Shown piece by piece: positions 50,909 to 60,838 of a DNA stretch of 64,000 nt. Where the stretch lies: positions 20,135-84,134 of IMG/VR virus record IMGVR_UViG_3300014205_000205; one strand, 5' to 3'. The first letter of the stretch is position 1. Every line of letters starts with the position of its first letter. Source of the DNA: a virus. Its lineage: Duplodnaviria; Caudoviricetes. The notes below the pieces were generated by a model that saw nothing but the letters and a program-made list of their open reading frames with translations, searched no databases and was not told where the DNA came from. The position numbers were made by a program, and so were the translations under genes.

Positions 50909-51273
50909 GGCTGAATTCTCGCCTCCTCCGGGTACAACGGACGCAACGTCCCGCCTGCTAGAATCGCGTCTGTCGTGGCATCGATGGCTTGTCCCAGCGT
51001 GTCGCCGTCCGCGATGGCTGGAGTAACCAGGTACAGCGGCCAGACGTACTGCGCAATGTCTGCGATGATCGGTGCACCAAGGACGATGCTACGGTCGAAC
51101 GCTTGCCATCGGGGGATATCGTATCGCCCCAGGATGGGCACGAACTCGGCTAGCAGTCGGCCTTGCAGGAGGCACCGTTGCAGCACGCGTGGTGGATCTT
51201 TGGCGATGCCCTTCTGTGGCTGTCCACCGGGCTCGTCGGTGTGACGAACCCGGCTTGGTTTCAGTTGGCGCAT
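50905..51273 (-). CDS. Hypothetical protein
   Basis: AGGAGG RBS. Confidence 0.55.
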   Translation of the reverse strand: MRQLKPSRVRHTDEPGGQPQKGIAKDPPRVLQRCLLQGRLLAEFVPILGRYDIPRWQAFDRSIVLGAPIIADIAQYVWPLYLVTPAIADGDTLGQAIDATTDAILAGGTLRPLYPEEARIQP

Positions 51274-51283
51274 GGTGGTCCTC

Positions 51284-51784
51284 CTAGTCTCCGGCTTCAG
51301 CCTGCCGCCTCAGCCGATGCAATTCTACCCCGGCCGCCAGGAGTATGGCTTTTGCCCGCTTTTGGTCGGTGTGGATCGTCTTGGCTACCTTCTCGATGCT
51401 CCCCCACTGCGCGTAGACCTGAACAGCCCATTCCGTCCGCGGGTCTGCCGATGGACCTTCGTGGTGCCCTTCGGCTGGTCGGGCTTCGCCGCCGATCGGC
51501 ACGCCGCTTCGAGGTGCCCCAAGGAGGCTGACGAAGTGGCTAACCTTCGTGATGGTGTCTGCCGCCTTCTTGCCGTCCTCGGTCAAACTCCAGCCGTCGC
51601 CTACTGGGTGGATAAACCCGTGACTAGCTAACCAGCCAAGCGGCCTGCCTGTGTCTCGTTCGGTCAGCCGCAGGTCGTCGCGAATTTCCTGGCGCGTACT
51701 CGGGGCATAATCCTCCAGGTAGAGGATAATCTTCCGTTGGTGGGCGTCCATATTTTGCAGGGCACCCGGTGGTAGTCCGGCCAT
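51284..51784 (-). CDS. Winged-helix DNA-binding protein
   Basis: KIILYL...STRQEI...L...GFI...WSLTEDG; second C-terminal HTH. Confidence 0.65.
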   Translation of the reverse strand: MAGLPPGALQNMDAHQRKIILYLEDYAPSTRQEIRDDLRLTERDTGRPLGWLASHGFIHPVGDGWSLTEDGKKAADTITKVSHFVSLLGAPRSGVPIGGEARPAEGHHEGPSADPRTEWAVQVYAQWGSIEKVAKTIHTDQKRAKAILLAAGVELHRLRRQAEAGD

Positions 51785-51808
51785 CTTATGTCACTTCCCT
51801 CGCCAATC

Positions 51809-52609
51809 TCAAATCGCCGTTCTTTTGGCCTTGGTCTTCGGCTCCTGCACCAAGGACCAGAGCTTGGGACCGAGGCGGTATACTCGATGCCCTACGCCGG
51901 ATTCGTCGCGGCCCAGAATCTCCGCGATCTTCGTGTAGGCGAACCCTCGCTTGAGGGATTGCGCCAATTGAATATCCTCAGCCAGCGTCCACCGTTTGGC
52001 CCTGCGACCCCGGCGAATATCCGCCGCCAGCTTCTCTTTTAACCATAGGGGGCGATCACCAGGACGGGCGTCTGACCGTTTGGATTTGATGCCTAGCTTC
52101 AGATGCAGATCGGGACAACGGCGTGCGTCCCATAGTTCGGGATGCGCTTTCAGGCATTCGATCAGGTCTGGTGGTTGGACCGCATAAATTTGTGGCGTCT
52201 TGCGCCGGATGGCCTCAGCCTTGAGCCAGCCCTTTTCGATCCACCGTTTCACCTGTTTGGAGCAGAGGTGCATCATAACGCCAATGTCTCGCGGGGTGAG
52301 TCGCTGTTTGCGGGCCTTCAGTTTCAACCGAGTGCCCTTGATCTTCACCGCTTCGGGTGTGCGTCCCAGATCCTCGGCGATCTTGTGGGTTGATTCTCGA
52401 CCAAACCGGGCCCGCAACGTAGCCAAGTCAGCTTCACTCCAAGGCGGTTCTTTGGGCCTTCGCAGTCCGAGAACTGTGAGGCGACCAGCACAAGAGGCGA
52501 TACTGCGTCCCGGCAATAAAGCGGGTAGGTCCTTGAGCGAAACCTCTCCGTGGTGTTTCCCAAGAATGGCGTCCTCCTCGGGCGTCCAACGAACTTTGGG
52601 TGCAGGCAA
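51809..52609 (-). CDS. Multi-HTH (Myb/SANT-like repeat) DNA-binding protein
   Basis: WTPEED, WSEAD, WTLAED repeats plus excisionase-like HTH. Confidence 0.7.
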   Translation of the reverse strand: MPAPKVRWTPEEDAILGKHHGEVSLKDLPALLPGRSIASCAGRLTVLGLRRPKEPPWSEADLATLRARFGRESTHKIAEDLGRTPEAVKIKGTRLKLKARKQRLTPRDIGVMMHLCSKQVKRWIEKGWLKAEAIRRKTPQIYAVQPPDLIECLKAHPELWDARRCPDLHLKLGIKSKRSDARPGDRPLWLKEKLAADIRRGRRAKRWTLAEDIQLAQSLKRGFAYTKIAEILGRDESGVGHRVYRLGPKLWSLVQEPKTKAKRTAI

Positions 52610-52630
52610 CTTGTCACCTCCCTTGTCCCT

Positions 52631-53386
52631 CTATTGGGCCTTAGCCGTCGATTGCGCTTTCAGGATGTTCTGCTCTGCCAGGGCGCAGTAACCAGGGTCA
52701 AGGTCTACGCCAATCCACCGCCGCCCGAGTTGTTCAGCTGCCACGCACGTCGTGCCGCTCCCCATGAATGGATCCAACACGAGGTCGTTCTTGTAGGTGT
52801 ATAACTTGATGAGCCGGTTCGGCAACTCCAGCGGGAACGGCGCCGGGTGTCCGGCCTTCTTGGCGCTTGCCGTTGGCATATCCCAAACTGATTTGGTCAG
52901 CTTGACGAACTCCTCTGAAACCAGGTCGGTTTCACCCTTGTGCCCCATCGCCCAATCGCTTTTGGAGAATATCAAGATGTACTCGTGGACATCGCGGAGA
53001 GTTGGGTTTGACGGCTTGCACCAAGACCCCCAGGCGGTGGACACCCCCACGCTGGCACCCTTGTTCCAGATCACTTCGCCCCGCATGTTGAAATCCAACT
53101 GGAGCATTTGCAGTGTGATGTAGCTGTGCAGGGGCAGGTAGGGCTTCCGGTCCACCCCGGCGACGTTGATGGCGATGCGCCCGCTGGGGGCCATGACTCG
53201 GTAGCATTCCTTCCAGACGCTCTCCAGCAGGGCCAGGTACTCATCCAGTGGGAGCGAATCGCCGTGAGTCGCATACGCTTTCCCGACGTTGTAGGGCGGA
53301 CTGGTTATGATCAGATCAACCACCCCATCAGGGAGGAAGGAGAGGTCTCGGCTATCCCGGCAGTAGATTTGGTTTGTGTAAGTCAT
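52631..53386 (-). CDS. DNA amino-methyltransferase, beta class (SPPY, probably m4C)
   Basis: DLIITSPPYNVG, HPAPFP, LVLDPFMGSGTT, WIGVD. Confidence 0.92.
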   Translation of the reverse strand: MTYTNQIYCRDSRDLSFLPDGVVDLIITSPPYNVGKAYATHGDSLPLDEYLALLESVWKECYRVMAPSGRIAINVAGVDRKPYLPLHSYITLQMLQLDFNMRGEVIWNKGASVGVSTAWGSWCKPSNPTLRDVHEYILIFSKSDWAMGHKGETDLVSEEFVKLTKSVWDMPTASAKKAGHPAPFPLELPNRLIKLYTYKNDLVLDPFMGSGTTCVAAEQLGRRWIGVDLDPGYCALAEQNILKAQSTAKAQ

Positions 53387-53664
53387 TTTCTGGCACTCGC
53401 CTTCTTCTCCCAATCTCGCAGGGTCCGGAGACCACGAAAGGTTATGGACCATCTGCCGGTTTGTTTGTCCGCAACCGCCATCTTCAAGTGTTCAAGTTGG
53501 TAGAGACGAAGGCGGATCTCGTCGTCCTCCGGACTATCGGCACCAAGGACACAGAGGTCGGCGTCTACTTGGTTGTACAGATCACAGACTTCCCCCAGCT
53601 TGTTTTCCAGGGCGTGCAGGATGAGCAGGTCCATAACCTCAATGTTCACCGATACCGTAATCAC
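53383..53664 (-). CDS. Small winged-helix-like protein
   Basis: WSITFRGL C-terminal wing. Confidence 0.5.
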   Translation of the reverse strand: MITVSVNIEVMDLLILHALENKLGEVCDLYNQVDADLCVLGADSPEDDEIRLRLYQLEHLKMAVADKQTGRWSITFRGLRTLRDWEKKASARK

Positions 53665-53812
53665 CAGGGCTCACCTCCTCCGCTTGCGCCTTGCTGGATA
53701 TCGCCCTTCACTCCCCTGGATCTCCCCTGCGATAGCCGCCAGCTCATCCGGTCGCAGGGGGCGAAGTTGGGCGCCGGTGGTCAGAATCACGGTATGGTCA
53801 CGCATGGGTGTT

Positions 53813-54001
53813 CTACCCCTCCTTTGGCTTGCGCTGTGCGGCCTTGCGTTCGGCCCGGACCGCGGCATTCAGGTAGTCACGTGTCAGTGAAGCGACCGTG
53901 CCCGGACTAAACGGAACGCCGTCCTTCGTCACAAAATCCTTCACAGCATCAAGGGCCTCACAGATGGTCTTCGGCTCCAACATTCCTAGTAGGTGCTGCA
54001 T
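53813..54001 (-). CDS. Hypothetical protein
   Basis: RBS GGAGGGAG. Confidence 0.45.
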   Translation of the reverse strand: MQHLLGMLEPKTICEALDAVKDFVTKDGVPFSPGTVASLTRDYLNAAVRAERKAAQRKPKEG

Positions 54002-54040
54002 AGTTTCTTCGCCCTCCCTTTCCCTCTTGTGGACCAGCCG

Positions 54041-54331
54041 TCAGATCAGCACTCGGCAGATTGGTGCCACAATCCCATGCGGAAGGGCGACCGTCCGCCC
54101 TGTCGGCTCCACGATTCCCGCACCGACGAGAACTTCCAGCATGCCTTCGTTCTCGCTGTAGTCCTTGATGATCGCCTCGTCGGGTGCAAGTTTGACGCCC
54201 TCGACGTAAACCGTGGCCTTCGCCACCGGGTCGCCCTCTATTGCGTGTACAAGGAGCAGAGCTTGTCCGCCCTCTACGTATTGGTGCTTCTGGACTACGC
54301 ATGGACAACTGCAGAATTGAATTGGGTTCAT
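54041..54331 (-). CDS. Hypothetical phage protein (DUF4313-like)
   Basis: P.AKATV...IIKDYSENEGML..L..AGIVE.TGR. Confidence 0.6.
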   Translation of the reverse strand: MNPIQFCSCPCVVQKHQYVEGGQALLLVHAIEGDPVAKATVYVEGVKLAPDEAIIKDYSENEGMLEVLVGAGIVEPTGRTVALPHGIVAPICRVLI

Positions 54332-54771
54332 CGTTCGCGCGCCCTCCTGTCTATGTACCAAGTCTTATAGCAGTAAGTCTCCAGGATTGGCCTTACCTCT
54401 TCAGAGGTGAGGCGTTTCTGTTTCTCTCGGGCCAGTTTGAGCAGTTCGGCCTTGGCGTGTTCTCCTCGGGGATTGTGGTCCAGCCAATCGGCCAGATCCA
54501 AACAAGCGGGTAGGTTGTTCCAATCCTTGTTGCGTGTCGCCTCGGCGCACCGGCCGATCAGGTGCGCTCTGCTGATGAGTCCCTTTCCTGGGATGCCATC
54601 TACTCCTGGTCGGAGGTGGGCGTTGCATCCGCAGGCGCAGGGCAGTTGATGGCTTGCGGCTTCCTGCTTGCGATCACCGGGGGCCAGCCGTTTACCACGT
54701 ACCCCTTGAGGCTTGAGTCTCTGTCCTCTCGCCAGTGCGAACCGTGTTGTCTGCCGTACTCCTCGGATCAC
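54328..54771 (-). CDS. Putative HNH-like nuclease
   Basis: PCACGC...AHL.GR...PAC. Confidence 0.45.
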   Translation of the reverse strand: MIRGVRQTTRFALARGQRLKPQGVRGKRLAPGDRKQEAASHQLPCACGCNAHLRPGVDGIPGKGLISRAHLIGRCAEATRNKDWNNLPACLDLADWLDHNPRGEHAKAELLKLAREKQKRLTSEEVRPILETYCYKTWYIDRRARER

Positions 54772-54948
54772 CCCGGCCCGGGTTTTCGCCGCTCGCTGGA
54801 GTTTGTACGTTCCCGGCTTGCGGGCGAACCCTGTGCGCTTTAGGAGCTTGGGGGGCTTCTTCGCCTTGGGAGCGGGCTTGAGGAGGTTGGGCTGTCGTTC
54901 GGATCGCGGCCGGCGATGCGTCTCTTTGGGGACTGCTGGCGTATTGAA

Positions 54949-55611
54949 TTACCTCCCTACCGTTCGCCCCAGGACCGCCCCGGCGTAATCTCGGGCCTCT
55001 GGGAACTCTTGCCAGCGTGGTCCTCGGTTGTAGGACGCCAGCCCCTTAAACACGTCCCCGCCTTCAGCGTCGATGCATTCCCGCAAGTAGCGGGCGCCGA
55101 TTCGGATGCCATCCGCCCCGGCTAGGTCCGCCATGCTCAATCCGTTGCGTTTGGCCACATCTTCGGCGGTGGACACCAGCGTCTGAAGCGGTCCCTGCTC
55201 CCCATGTGCGCCTACCTCGCCAGCCTTGCAGTCGCTCTCCTGGATGCACACCGCCACGAGGAGCGCCAGGCTCAGGCGGTTCTCCTCTGACGCTTGGTAC
55301 ATCGCCGCTTTGAGGTCGCCGGGTACCGCTGCCATGATGGCTCGGTCGGCGTCGGCTCGTTCGCGCCGCATTCGATCGACCGCGGACCTGGACACCTGCG
55401 CCGCCGATTTTGCCATAGCCAATTCTGCCTGTAGGGCATCTATTTGCCCCTCGAGTATCCAGGTAGGTGCCGACGTAGCGGAGGTGAGGGGAAAATCGCT
55501 TGTGGCATCTCTGGCTGCGTCGGCGGGGTATCCGTTTAGCACGGTCGAAGCGATGATTCCGAGTGCAAAGGCGATGAGCGGGGTGATGGCTTTGCGCATT
55601 TTAGCCTCCAT
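54949..55611 (-). CDS. Lytic transglycosylase (SLT) with signal peptide and coiled coil
   Basis: LLVAVCIQES, GEQGPLQ, IGARYL, LASYNRG. Confidence 0.85.
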   Translation of the reverse strand: MEAKMRKAITPLIAFALGIIASTVLNGYPADAARDATSDFPLTSATSAPTWILEGQIDALQAELAMAKSAAQVSRSAVDRMRRERADADRAIMAAVPGDLKAAMYQASEENRLSLALLVAVCIQESDCKAGEVGAHGEQGPLQTLVSTAEDVAKRNGLSMADLAGADGIRIGARYLRECIDAEGGDVFKGLASYNRGPRWQEFPEARDYAGAVLGRTVGR

Positions 55612-55687
55612 GGGTTGACCAATAATTTGTTACGGGTAACTTAACATTTCTGGCTCCGCCTTGCTCTCTCCCCAAGGGGTGGGGTGT

Positions 55688-56251
55688 TCAGGGGGCAAGG
55701 TACTCGTTTAGAAGGTCGGGGGCCAACTTGCGAATGCGGATTCTTGCGGCGTTCAGCCTACTTTTGACCGTGCCTAGCGGGATCTCGAGCTGTGCGGAGA
55801 CCGACTCCATGGTCAATCCATCGAAGTGATAGGCCGCGATCACCGCTCGGTATTTGGGTGTTAGCCTTTCTACAGCGTGCTCCAGGTCGGATCTAGCGGT
55901 CTCACCGGCCAAGGCTTTGATCACCTGATCATCCAACCGTTCCCTCTGTTCGGCAATTCCGCCTGGGGGGTTTGACTCGGCCAGGTGCCATTGGGTTATG
56001 GCGGTTCGCAGTAGGTCGTAGCAACGGTTTCGGGTCACGGTTAGTAGCCAGGGGAGGATGACGTCTGCGTTTGCGATGGTTCCGGCCCGCCGCCAGAGTT
56101 GGAGGAACGCCTCTTGGGTAACTTCTTCCGCGTCCCGGCGGTCACAGATGAACTTCCCTGCGTACCAGTGCAGGTAGCCACGGTGTTTTGCCATGATCTC
56201 GGCCAAGGCCACTTCGTCACCAGCTACGATGCGGGCTAGAAGGTCAGGCAC
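55688..56251 (-). CDS. ECF RNA polymerase sigma factor
   Basis: DAEEVTQEAFLQLW, WLLTVTRNRCYD, L.IPLGTVKSRL..AR. Confidence 0.9.
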   Translation of the reverse strand: MPDLLARIVAGDEVALAEIMAKHRGYLHWYAGKFICDRRDAEEVTQEAFLQLWRRAGTIANADVILPWLLTVTRNRCYDLLRTAITQWHLAESNPPGGIAEQRERLDDQVIKALAGETARSDLEHAVERLTPKYRAVIAAYHFDGLTMESVSAQLEIPLGTVKSRLNAARIRIRKLAPDLLNEYLAP

Positions 56252-56717
56252 CTCGGATCACCTGGGCTATCGTCCGGGCGTATCGCCGCTTCACCGCCGA
56301 CTCCGTTGTGCCCAACAGGTGGGCAATAGTCCTGTTGCGGGGCCCGTCTCCTTTGAGGACTAGCAGGCGCTTTTGGTCTGGCGTCATGGCCTTAGTGGCT
56401 TGGCATATGGTCTCACGCTGGATCGATAGTTCCTCCGGTTCTGTGAGTGGGGACACTTCTTCGGTCAGCAGTTCGTAGGGGATAGGATTGTGGCGATGTG
56501 TGCGGTGATAGTCAATCCACCGAAAATAGACAGTCCTGTAGAGGAGTGCTCTGCTTACCTGCTTGATCGTCGCCCGCCGCTCCCAAAGTTGCACGCAGGC
56601 TTCCTGCACCAGGTCTTTGGCGATTTCGCGGTTCTGCACTTTTCGGTAGATCCAGCACAGGACGAGTTTGTAACGGCCCTCGAACAGCTTGGCAAGTTGA
56701 TCCTCTACCGTCTCCAC
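56244..56717 (-). CDS. Second ECF sigma-like factor
   Basis: AKDLVQEACVQLW, LLYRTVYFRWID, IAHLLGTTESAVKRRY. Confidence 0.8.
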   Translation of the reverse strand: METVEDQLAKLFEGRYKLVLCWIYRKVQNREIAKDLVQEACVQLWERRATIKQVSRALLYRTVYFRWIDYHRTHRHNPIPYELLTEEVSPLTEPEELSIQRETICQATKAMTPDQKRLLVLKGDGPRNRTIAHLLGTTESAVKRRYARTIAQVIRGA

Positions 56718-56737
56718 ATCTCTCTGCCCCCCTCTAC

Positions 56738-56914
56738 CTACCCGGCCTTAGCTGGCACTAGCGGCCACCGTTGTTCCTGCGGGGACTGTGCTTCTCGCCA
56801 CTCCCACCCGGCGCGGGCTTCTGTGAAGTCTACCTGTGCCGGGCATTCAGAGCAGATCCATTCGCTATGGCCATTGTTGCCGTTGATGCGGATACTCCAG
56901 TGGTGGATACACAT
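56738..56914 (-). CDS. 58-aa Cys/His small protein (below ORF-track cutoff)
   Basis: Manual translation MCIHHW...CSECP. Confidence 0.4.
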   Translation of the reverse strand: MCIHHWSIRINGNNGHSEWICSECPAQVDFTEARAGWEWREAQSPQEQRWPLVPAKAG

Positions 56915-56919
56915 CAGGT

Positions 56920-58029
56920 TCAGCCCCTTTCGCTCGCCCCTCCGGTCTGGCTCTCCATCAAATTGAAGAACGTTTCCTGTTTACTGCCGCTCAGGCAGTG
57001 TGGCGAAAACCAGATCACCTCGCGTGACGCGTTGACCCTGCCCCGTCCCTCCGCATCACCCTGCGAACCGAACCCACCGCGGGCTTTCCATGGGACCGCC
57101 ACCCAATCGGCAGGCATCGCGTGTTCGGTGTCATATCCCGCTAGCGCAATACGCATCAGCTTGTCCCGCCCGTGTTCAATGGCCCATTCCCGGACGGCAT
57201 CGGCGCAGGGCATTTCGACGGCGTACAGGTTCCCCTCCCGCTCATTGTGGTTGTACGGCGGGTCCAGGAAAACCCCGGTGATACCTAACTTTGTTGTTGG
57301 CGACGGCCCCAGAACACGGGACCAATCGCCGCAGCACACCCTGACGCGGCGCAGGCGGCCAGCCAGGGCTTGCATGGTCTCTTGTAAGTGCTCGGACCAT
57401 TCAGCGCATAAACCCCGCCCTGCGTCACCCAAATGCGGTAGTTTGCGGTTGATGCCCCGCCCTGCGTTGCCCAAGTGCGGTAGTTTGCGCAATTCCCTAT
57501 CTATCACTTGCCAAGGGCCTGCACAGCTACACCAGCCAGAGCCAATCCAAGAGCAGATACCCCACAGCCACCAACCGGCGATTTGGGTGTCGTAGTATGT
57601 CGGGTCCCCTTCCAAACGGGCTTGTAGTGATGGCCGTTGCCCGACTAGCCAAGCGTGTCTGGCGTGGAGGTCGTTTTCGTTGATCGGCCAATCCGCCCAA
57701 CGCGCCACCTCATCCGGCGCAGTTTGCACCGCTCGCCAGAAGTTGGCGATCATGCCGTCGAGGTCGTTGACCGTCTCTGTGCGTTCCCACCAACGGTGGT
57801 TCTTGGGGCGGTCTAGCAGGACTGCAAGGCTGCCTGCGAATGGTTCGACGTAGTTAGGGGTGTCGCCCAGGCGGTCCCAGACTAGTTTGGCAACGGCGGA
57901 TTTACCGCCGAAGTAGGGAAAAGGCGCTTTCAAGGTTGTTATCACTTCCGTTAGCTTCGGTGTTGGAAAGAGCACGGCGTCGTATAGCTCATCCACTTCT
58001 ACGGGGTCGAAGTCCTCTGGATGTTCCAC
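56920..58029 (-). CDS. DNA adenine methyltransferase (Dam-like alpha class)
   Basis: FPYFGGKS, VEPFAGS, NDLD, FLDPPY. Confidence 0.88.
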   Translation of the reverse strand: MEHPEDFDPVEVDELYDAVLFPTPKLTEVITTLKAPFPYFGGKSAVAKLVWDRLGDTPNYVEPFAGSLAVLLDRPKNHRWWERTETVNDLDGMIANFWRAVQTAPDEVARWADWPINENDLHARHAWLVGQRPSLQARLEGDPTYYDTQIAGWWLWGICSWIGSGWCSCAGPWQVIDRELRKLPHLGNAGRGINRKLPHLGDAGRGLCAEWSEHLQETMQALAGRLRRVRVCCGDWSRVLGPSPTTKLGITGVFLDPPYNHNEREGNLYAVEMPCADAVREWAIEHGRDKLMRIALAGYDTEHAMPADWVAVPWKARGGFGSQGDAEGRGRVNASREVIWFSPHCLSGSKQETFFNLMESQTGGASERG

Positions 58030-58032
58030 GGG

Positions 58033-59223
58033 CTACTCTCCACTCGCAAACCACCGGTATAGATCCTCTGGTTCCACCGGACGAATCTTCAGGTCCAGAT
58101 CCTTACCGACGACCACCTTGGCCCGCTGGTCCACCGCAAAGGCGATGAACGTCTGATCGCCGACCGTCACCTGCCGGAAGCGCTCCAGGGCCATGGGGGC
58201 TAGCTTGATCCCGATATCGCCCGCCTGCATCTTGAGCATGGTCGGCTTTTCCTGGGTCTCGCTACCAAAGAGCGAGTCGTAAGCAGGCTTGTACCCCAAG
58301 TCACCAAAGGCTAATTCCCACCGGGCCTTGAATCCCAACCGATCGATGCCGTGCCCGACTGCCCGCTCCATGCTGTCGGCCACTGTCTCCACATTCAGAC
58401 CAGTCTTGGCCTCGTCCAGCAGGCTTGTCCCCATCTTGCGGAAGAGGTCGTGTGGCACTTCGCCGTCGACATTCTCCGCTGCGATCATCCGTATCAGGGC
58501 CTTGCCTTCACGGGCGGGACTCAGTTTCAGGCCGGACTCCAACGCCTTGAACCAGGGAGCCGCCGCCCCTGATGCGTAAACCATGAGGTCTGCGGATTCC
58601 TTGCCGTCCTCGTCCAGGCAAGGGAAGAAGCATCCCAGCTTCAGGTTGCCTCGCTTCAAGATCCCGGTGAGTGCCGTCATGGCGAACCGCCCGGTGTGCT
58701 CGTCTAGCAGGGCTTCCTCGCGGTCCTCTAACCCACAGATGGTGGCGAAGACGAACCGGACGGGCTGAGCACCCATGACGGGCACGATCTCGAACTTGAG
58801 CACTGCCACTAGATGGTTTTTGATCGCGCCGGCCGCCATGACCTTGTAGGCGAGCGTATTGCCGAGGTTGATGAGTTGCTCGGTCTGGTCGGCGGGTAGG
58901 CCCCGGATCGCCTCCAGGATCTCGACCGTTGGGCGGTTGCGCGTGTGGTCGAATTCTGGTGACGCTACCTTTGCCACGGAGAGGACTTCGCCCGTGTAAA
59001 AGGCCGGGAAGTTGGCCTCGTTCAGCTCGCCCTCGATGGCCTGATACAGGTACTGCTCAAGGAGTGCGCTGATCGGCGGTTCAAGGTCGGCCCACAGGAC
59101 GGCCACGGCGTTGGCGAGGACTTTGCGGTCCTCTTCCCGCTTGATGTGGCCGAGGTAGGCATGAGTCATAGTGATGGAGCCTTGGCGGGCTACCTGATGC
59201 AGTTTTTCGAGCACGACATACAC
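58033..59223 (-). CDS. Nucleoid-associated-protein-like (NdpA/DUF4317-like)
   Basis: 396 aa; overall pattern resembles nucleoid-associated family. Confidence 0.45.
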   Translation of the reverse strand: MYVVLEKLHQVARQGSITMTHAYLGHIKREEDRKVLANAVAVLWADLEPPISALLEQYLYQAIEGELNEANFPAFYTGEVLSVAKVASPEFDHTRNRPTVEILEAIRGLPADQTEQLINLGNTLAYKVMAAGAIKNHLVAVLKFEIVPVMGAQPVRFVFATICGLEDREEALLDEHTGRFAMTALTGILKRGNLKLGCFFPCLDEDGKESADLMVYASGAAAPWFKALESGLKLSPAREGKALIRMIAAENVDGEVPHDLFRKMGTSLLDEAKTGLNVETVADSMERAVGHGIDRLGFKARWELAFGDLGYKPAYDSLFGSETQEKPTMLKMQAGDIGIKLAPMALERFRQVTVGDQTFIAFAVDQRAKVVVGKDLDLKIRPVEPEDLYRWFASGE

Positions 59224-59228
59224 TCTCC

Positions 59229-60167
59229 TTATTGGGTCCTTGCTGGCATCTCATCCCAGACTTTACCGTCCAGGAGTCGGCCCGCTTTCTTTGCGCCCAC
59301 TCTCCGCACGCAGACCACGCGCTCGCCGTGGAAGCCGAATCCGCCTGCCAAATTCAGGTATCGTTCGTTCGGTGCGCACTTCGGGCAGTTCCGCCAGTCA
59401 GGGTCTTCGCGGTCCCGGTCGTAAAACGGTATCCATTCGCCCCACTGCTTGAAGTGGAATGCCACCCCTGCCGCTTGGCACTGGTCGCGCAGGGACCGGA
59501 ACCAGTCAGGGTGACTCGGGCGAGCGTTCGGTCCCGATTCGCCGCCGGTGATTACCCAGTCGATACGGGGTTCAAACCGTGCAGAAAACCGCTTCGGCGG
59601 ATCGGTGACACCGTGAACGGTTCCGGTGGGCCACGGAATTTCAGACCCGCGCACTTGGTTTAGGTGCAGCCACTTCGTCAGGTCCAATGGTCCAAGAAGC
59701 GGCTCACACGAGACGAAATGGACCGCTGCTGGAATCTGCAAGAGGTAGGGAATCCGTTCGTCGGCCCGCCTTTGATTCTCCACCGTCGCACCTAACCAAG
59801 CGTTCGGCCAGGGCCAGTCTGGAGGAAGATGGTCGGCAACTCGCTCGATGCGCTTTGTCAGGAACTGGAGGGTCAAGTCATCACGTTGCCGCAGGATGTC
59901 GAAGGCTTCATCCCGCCACTCGTCCGCCGCCGGGTGCCAGAAGTCCGTCCAAGAACTGAGGAACACCTTGGTTCCGGGTGGGTACTTCTTGCGGTTGAGG
60001 ATGTCAATCCACGCGCCCTTCGTCCGGGTGACTGTGCCGAAGTCCCTGCCGTAGACTTTCATATCCCGCTCTGCATAGCAGAACTGGCACGCTTCTGACA
60101 CCTTGTTGCAGCCAATCCAGAAGTTCGCCGTGGCGTCGGTCCAGGAAATTGCCGTCTTTTCGCCCAT
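59229..60167 (-). CDS. DUF5131 (phage Gp37/Gp68) family protein
   Basis: ISWTD.T.NFW.GC.KVS..C.FCYA, LTKR, FVSCEPLLG, IDWVI.GGESGP.ARP. Confidence 0.92.
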   Translation of the reverse strand: MGEKTAISWTDATANFWIGCNKVSEACQFCYAERDMKVYGRDFGTVTRTKGAWIDILNRKKYPPGTKVFLSSWTDFWHPAADEWRDEAFDILRQRDDLTLQFLTKRIERVADHLPPDWPWPNAWLGATVENQRRADERIPYLLQIPAAVHFVSCEPLLGPLDLTKWLHLNQVRGSEIPWPTGTVHGVTDPPKRFSARFEPRIDWVITGGESGPNARPSHPDWFRSLRDQCQAAGVAFHFKQWGEWIPFYDRDREDPDWRNCPKCAPNERYLNLAGGFGFHGERVVCVRRVGAKKAGRLLDGKVWDEMPARTQ

Positions 60168-60207
60168 CTACTCCGCCCTCCTCATCGGAAACCGCGTCCG
60201 CCAGCCG

Positions 60208-60615
60208 TTAGAAGGGAACGTCATCGTCGTCGGTGAACTTCGGCTCACTGCCCATACCGGGTCCCGCCTTGGGTCCGGTACGTTCGCCACCGGTGTCAGG
60301 CCCCTTGTCCAGGAAGCGCACCGAGGTGCAGACCACTTCGGCCTTTTCCCGCTTTGCGCCATCCTTCTCGAATTGGCGGATTTGCAAACGCCCCTGCACC
60401 GCCACTTGACGGCCCTTCTGCAGGTAGTTAGCGGCGCTCTCTGCCTGCCTTTCCCATACGGTGCAATCTACGAAATCTGTTTCCTTCTCGCCTTGGGCGT
60501 TCGTGGTGCCCCGGTCTACGGCCAGGCGCAGGGTTGCGACAGCCTTGCCGCTCGTTGTATACCGTAGCTCGGGATCTTTGGTGAGGCGACCGATTAGGAC
60601 CACTACGTTCAGCAC
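60208..60615 (-). CDS. ssb: Single-stranded DNA-binding protein
   Basis: LN.V.LIGRLTKDPELRYT.SGKAVA, KGRQVAV.GRLQ.R, DDDVPF tail. Confidence 0.97.
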   Translation of the reverse strand: MLNVVVLIGRLTKDPELRYTTSGKAVATLRLAVDRGTTNAQGEKETDFVDCTVWERQAESAANYLQKGRQVAVQGRLQIRQFEKDGAKREKAEVVCTSVRFLDKGPDTGGERTGPKAGPGMGSEPKFTDDDDVPF

Positions 60616-60622
60616 TTGCTAC

Positions 60623-60838
60623 TCACTCCTTCTCTGTGGGGGTTCCGCCGCTCGAAGCGAGTTGGTTCACCTTCAACCGGCCGAAAACGATGTCTCGGCA
60701 TGTGCGCTCGACAGCGAAGGCGATCAGGTCGTTTTTACTCACCTTGCCAATGGTGCGCGGGTCGCTGTTCAGGCGTGCCAGCGCCAATTCAACCTCTCCC
60801 TTGGTCTCGTCTGGGAACCTTACGTTCAAGGCCCACAT
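60623..60838 (-). CDS. Ribbon-helix-helix-like protein
   Basis: ALNVRFP..TK...E..L, SKNDLI..AV. Confidence 0.65.
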   Translation of the reverse strand: MWALNVRFPDETKGEVELALARLNSDPRTIGKVSKNDLIAFAVERTCRDIVFGRLKVNQLASSGGTPTEKE

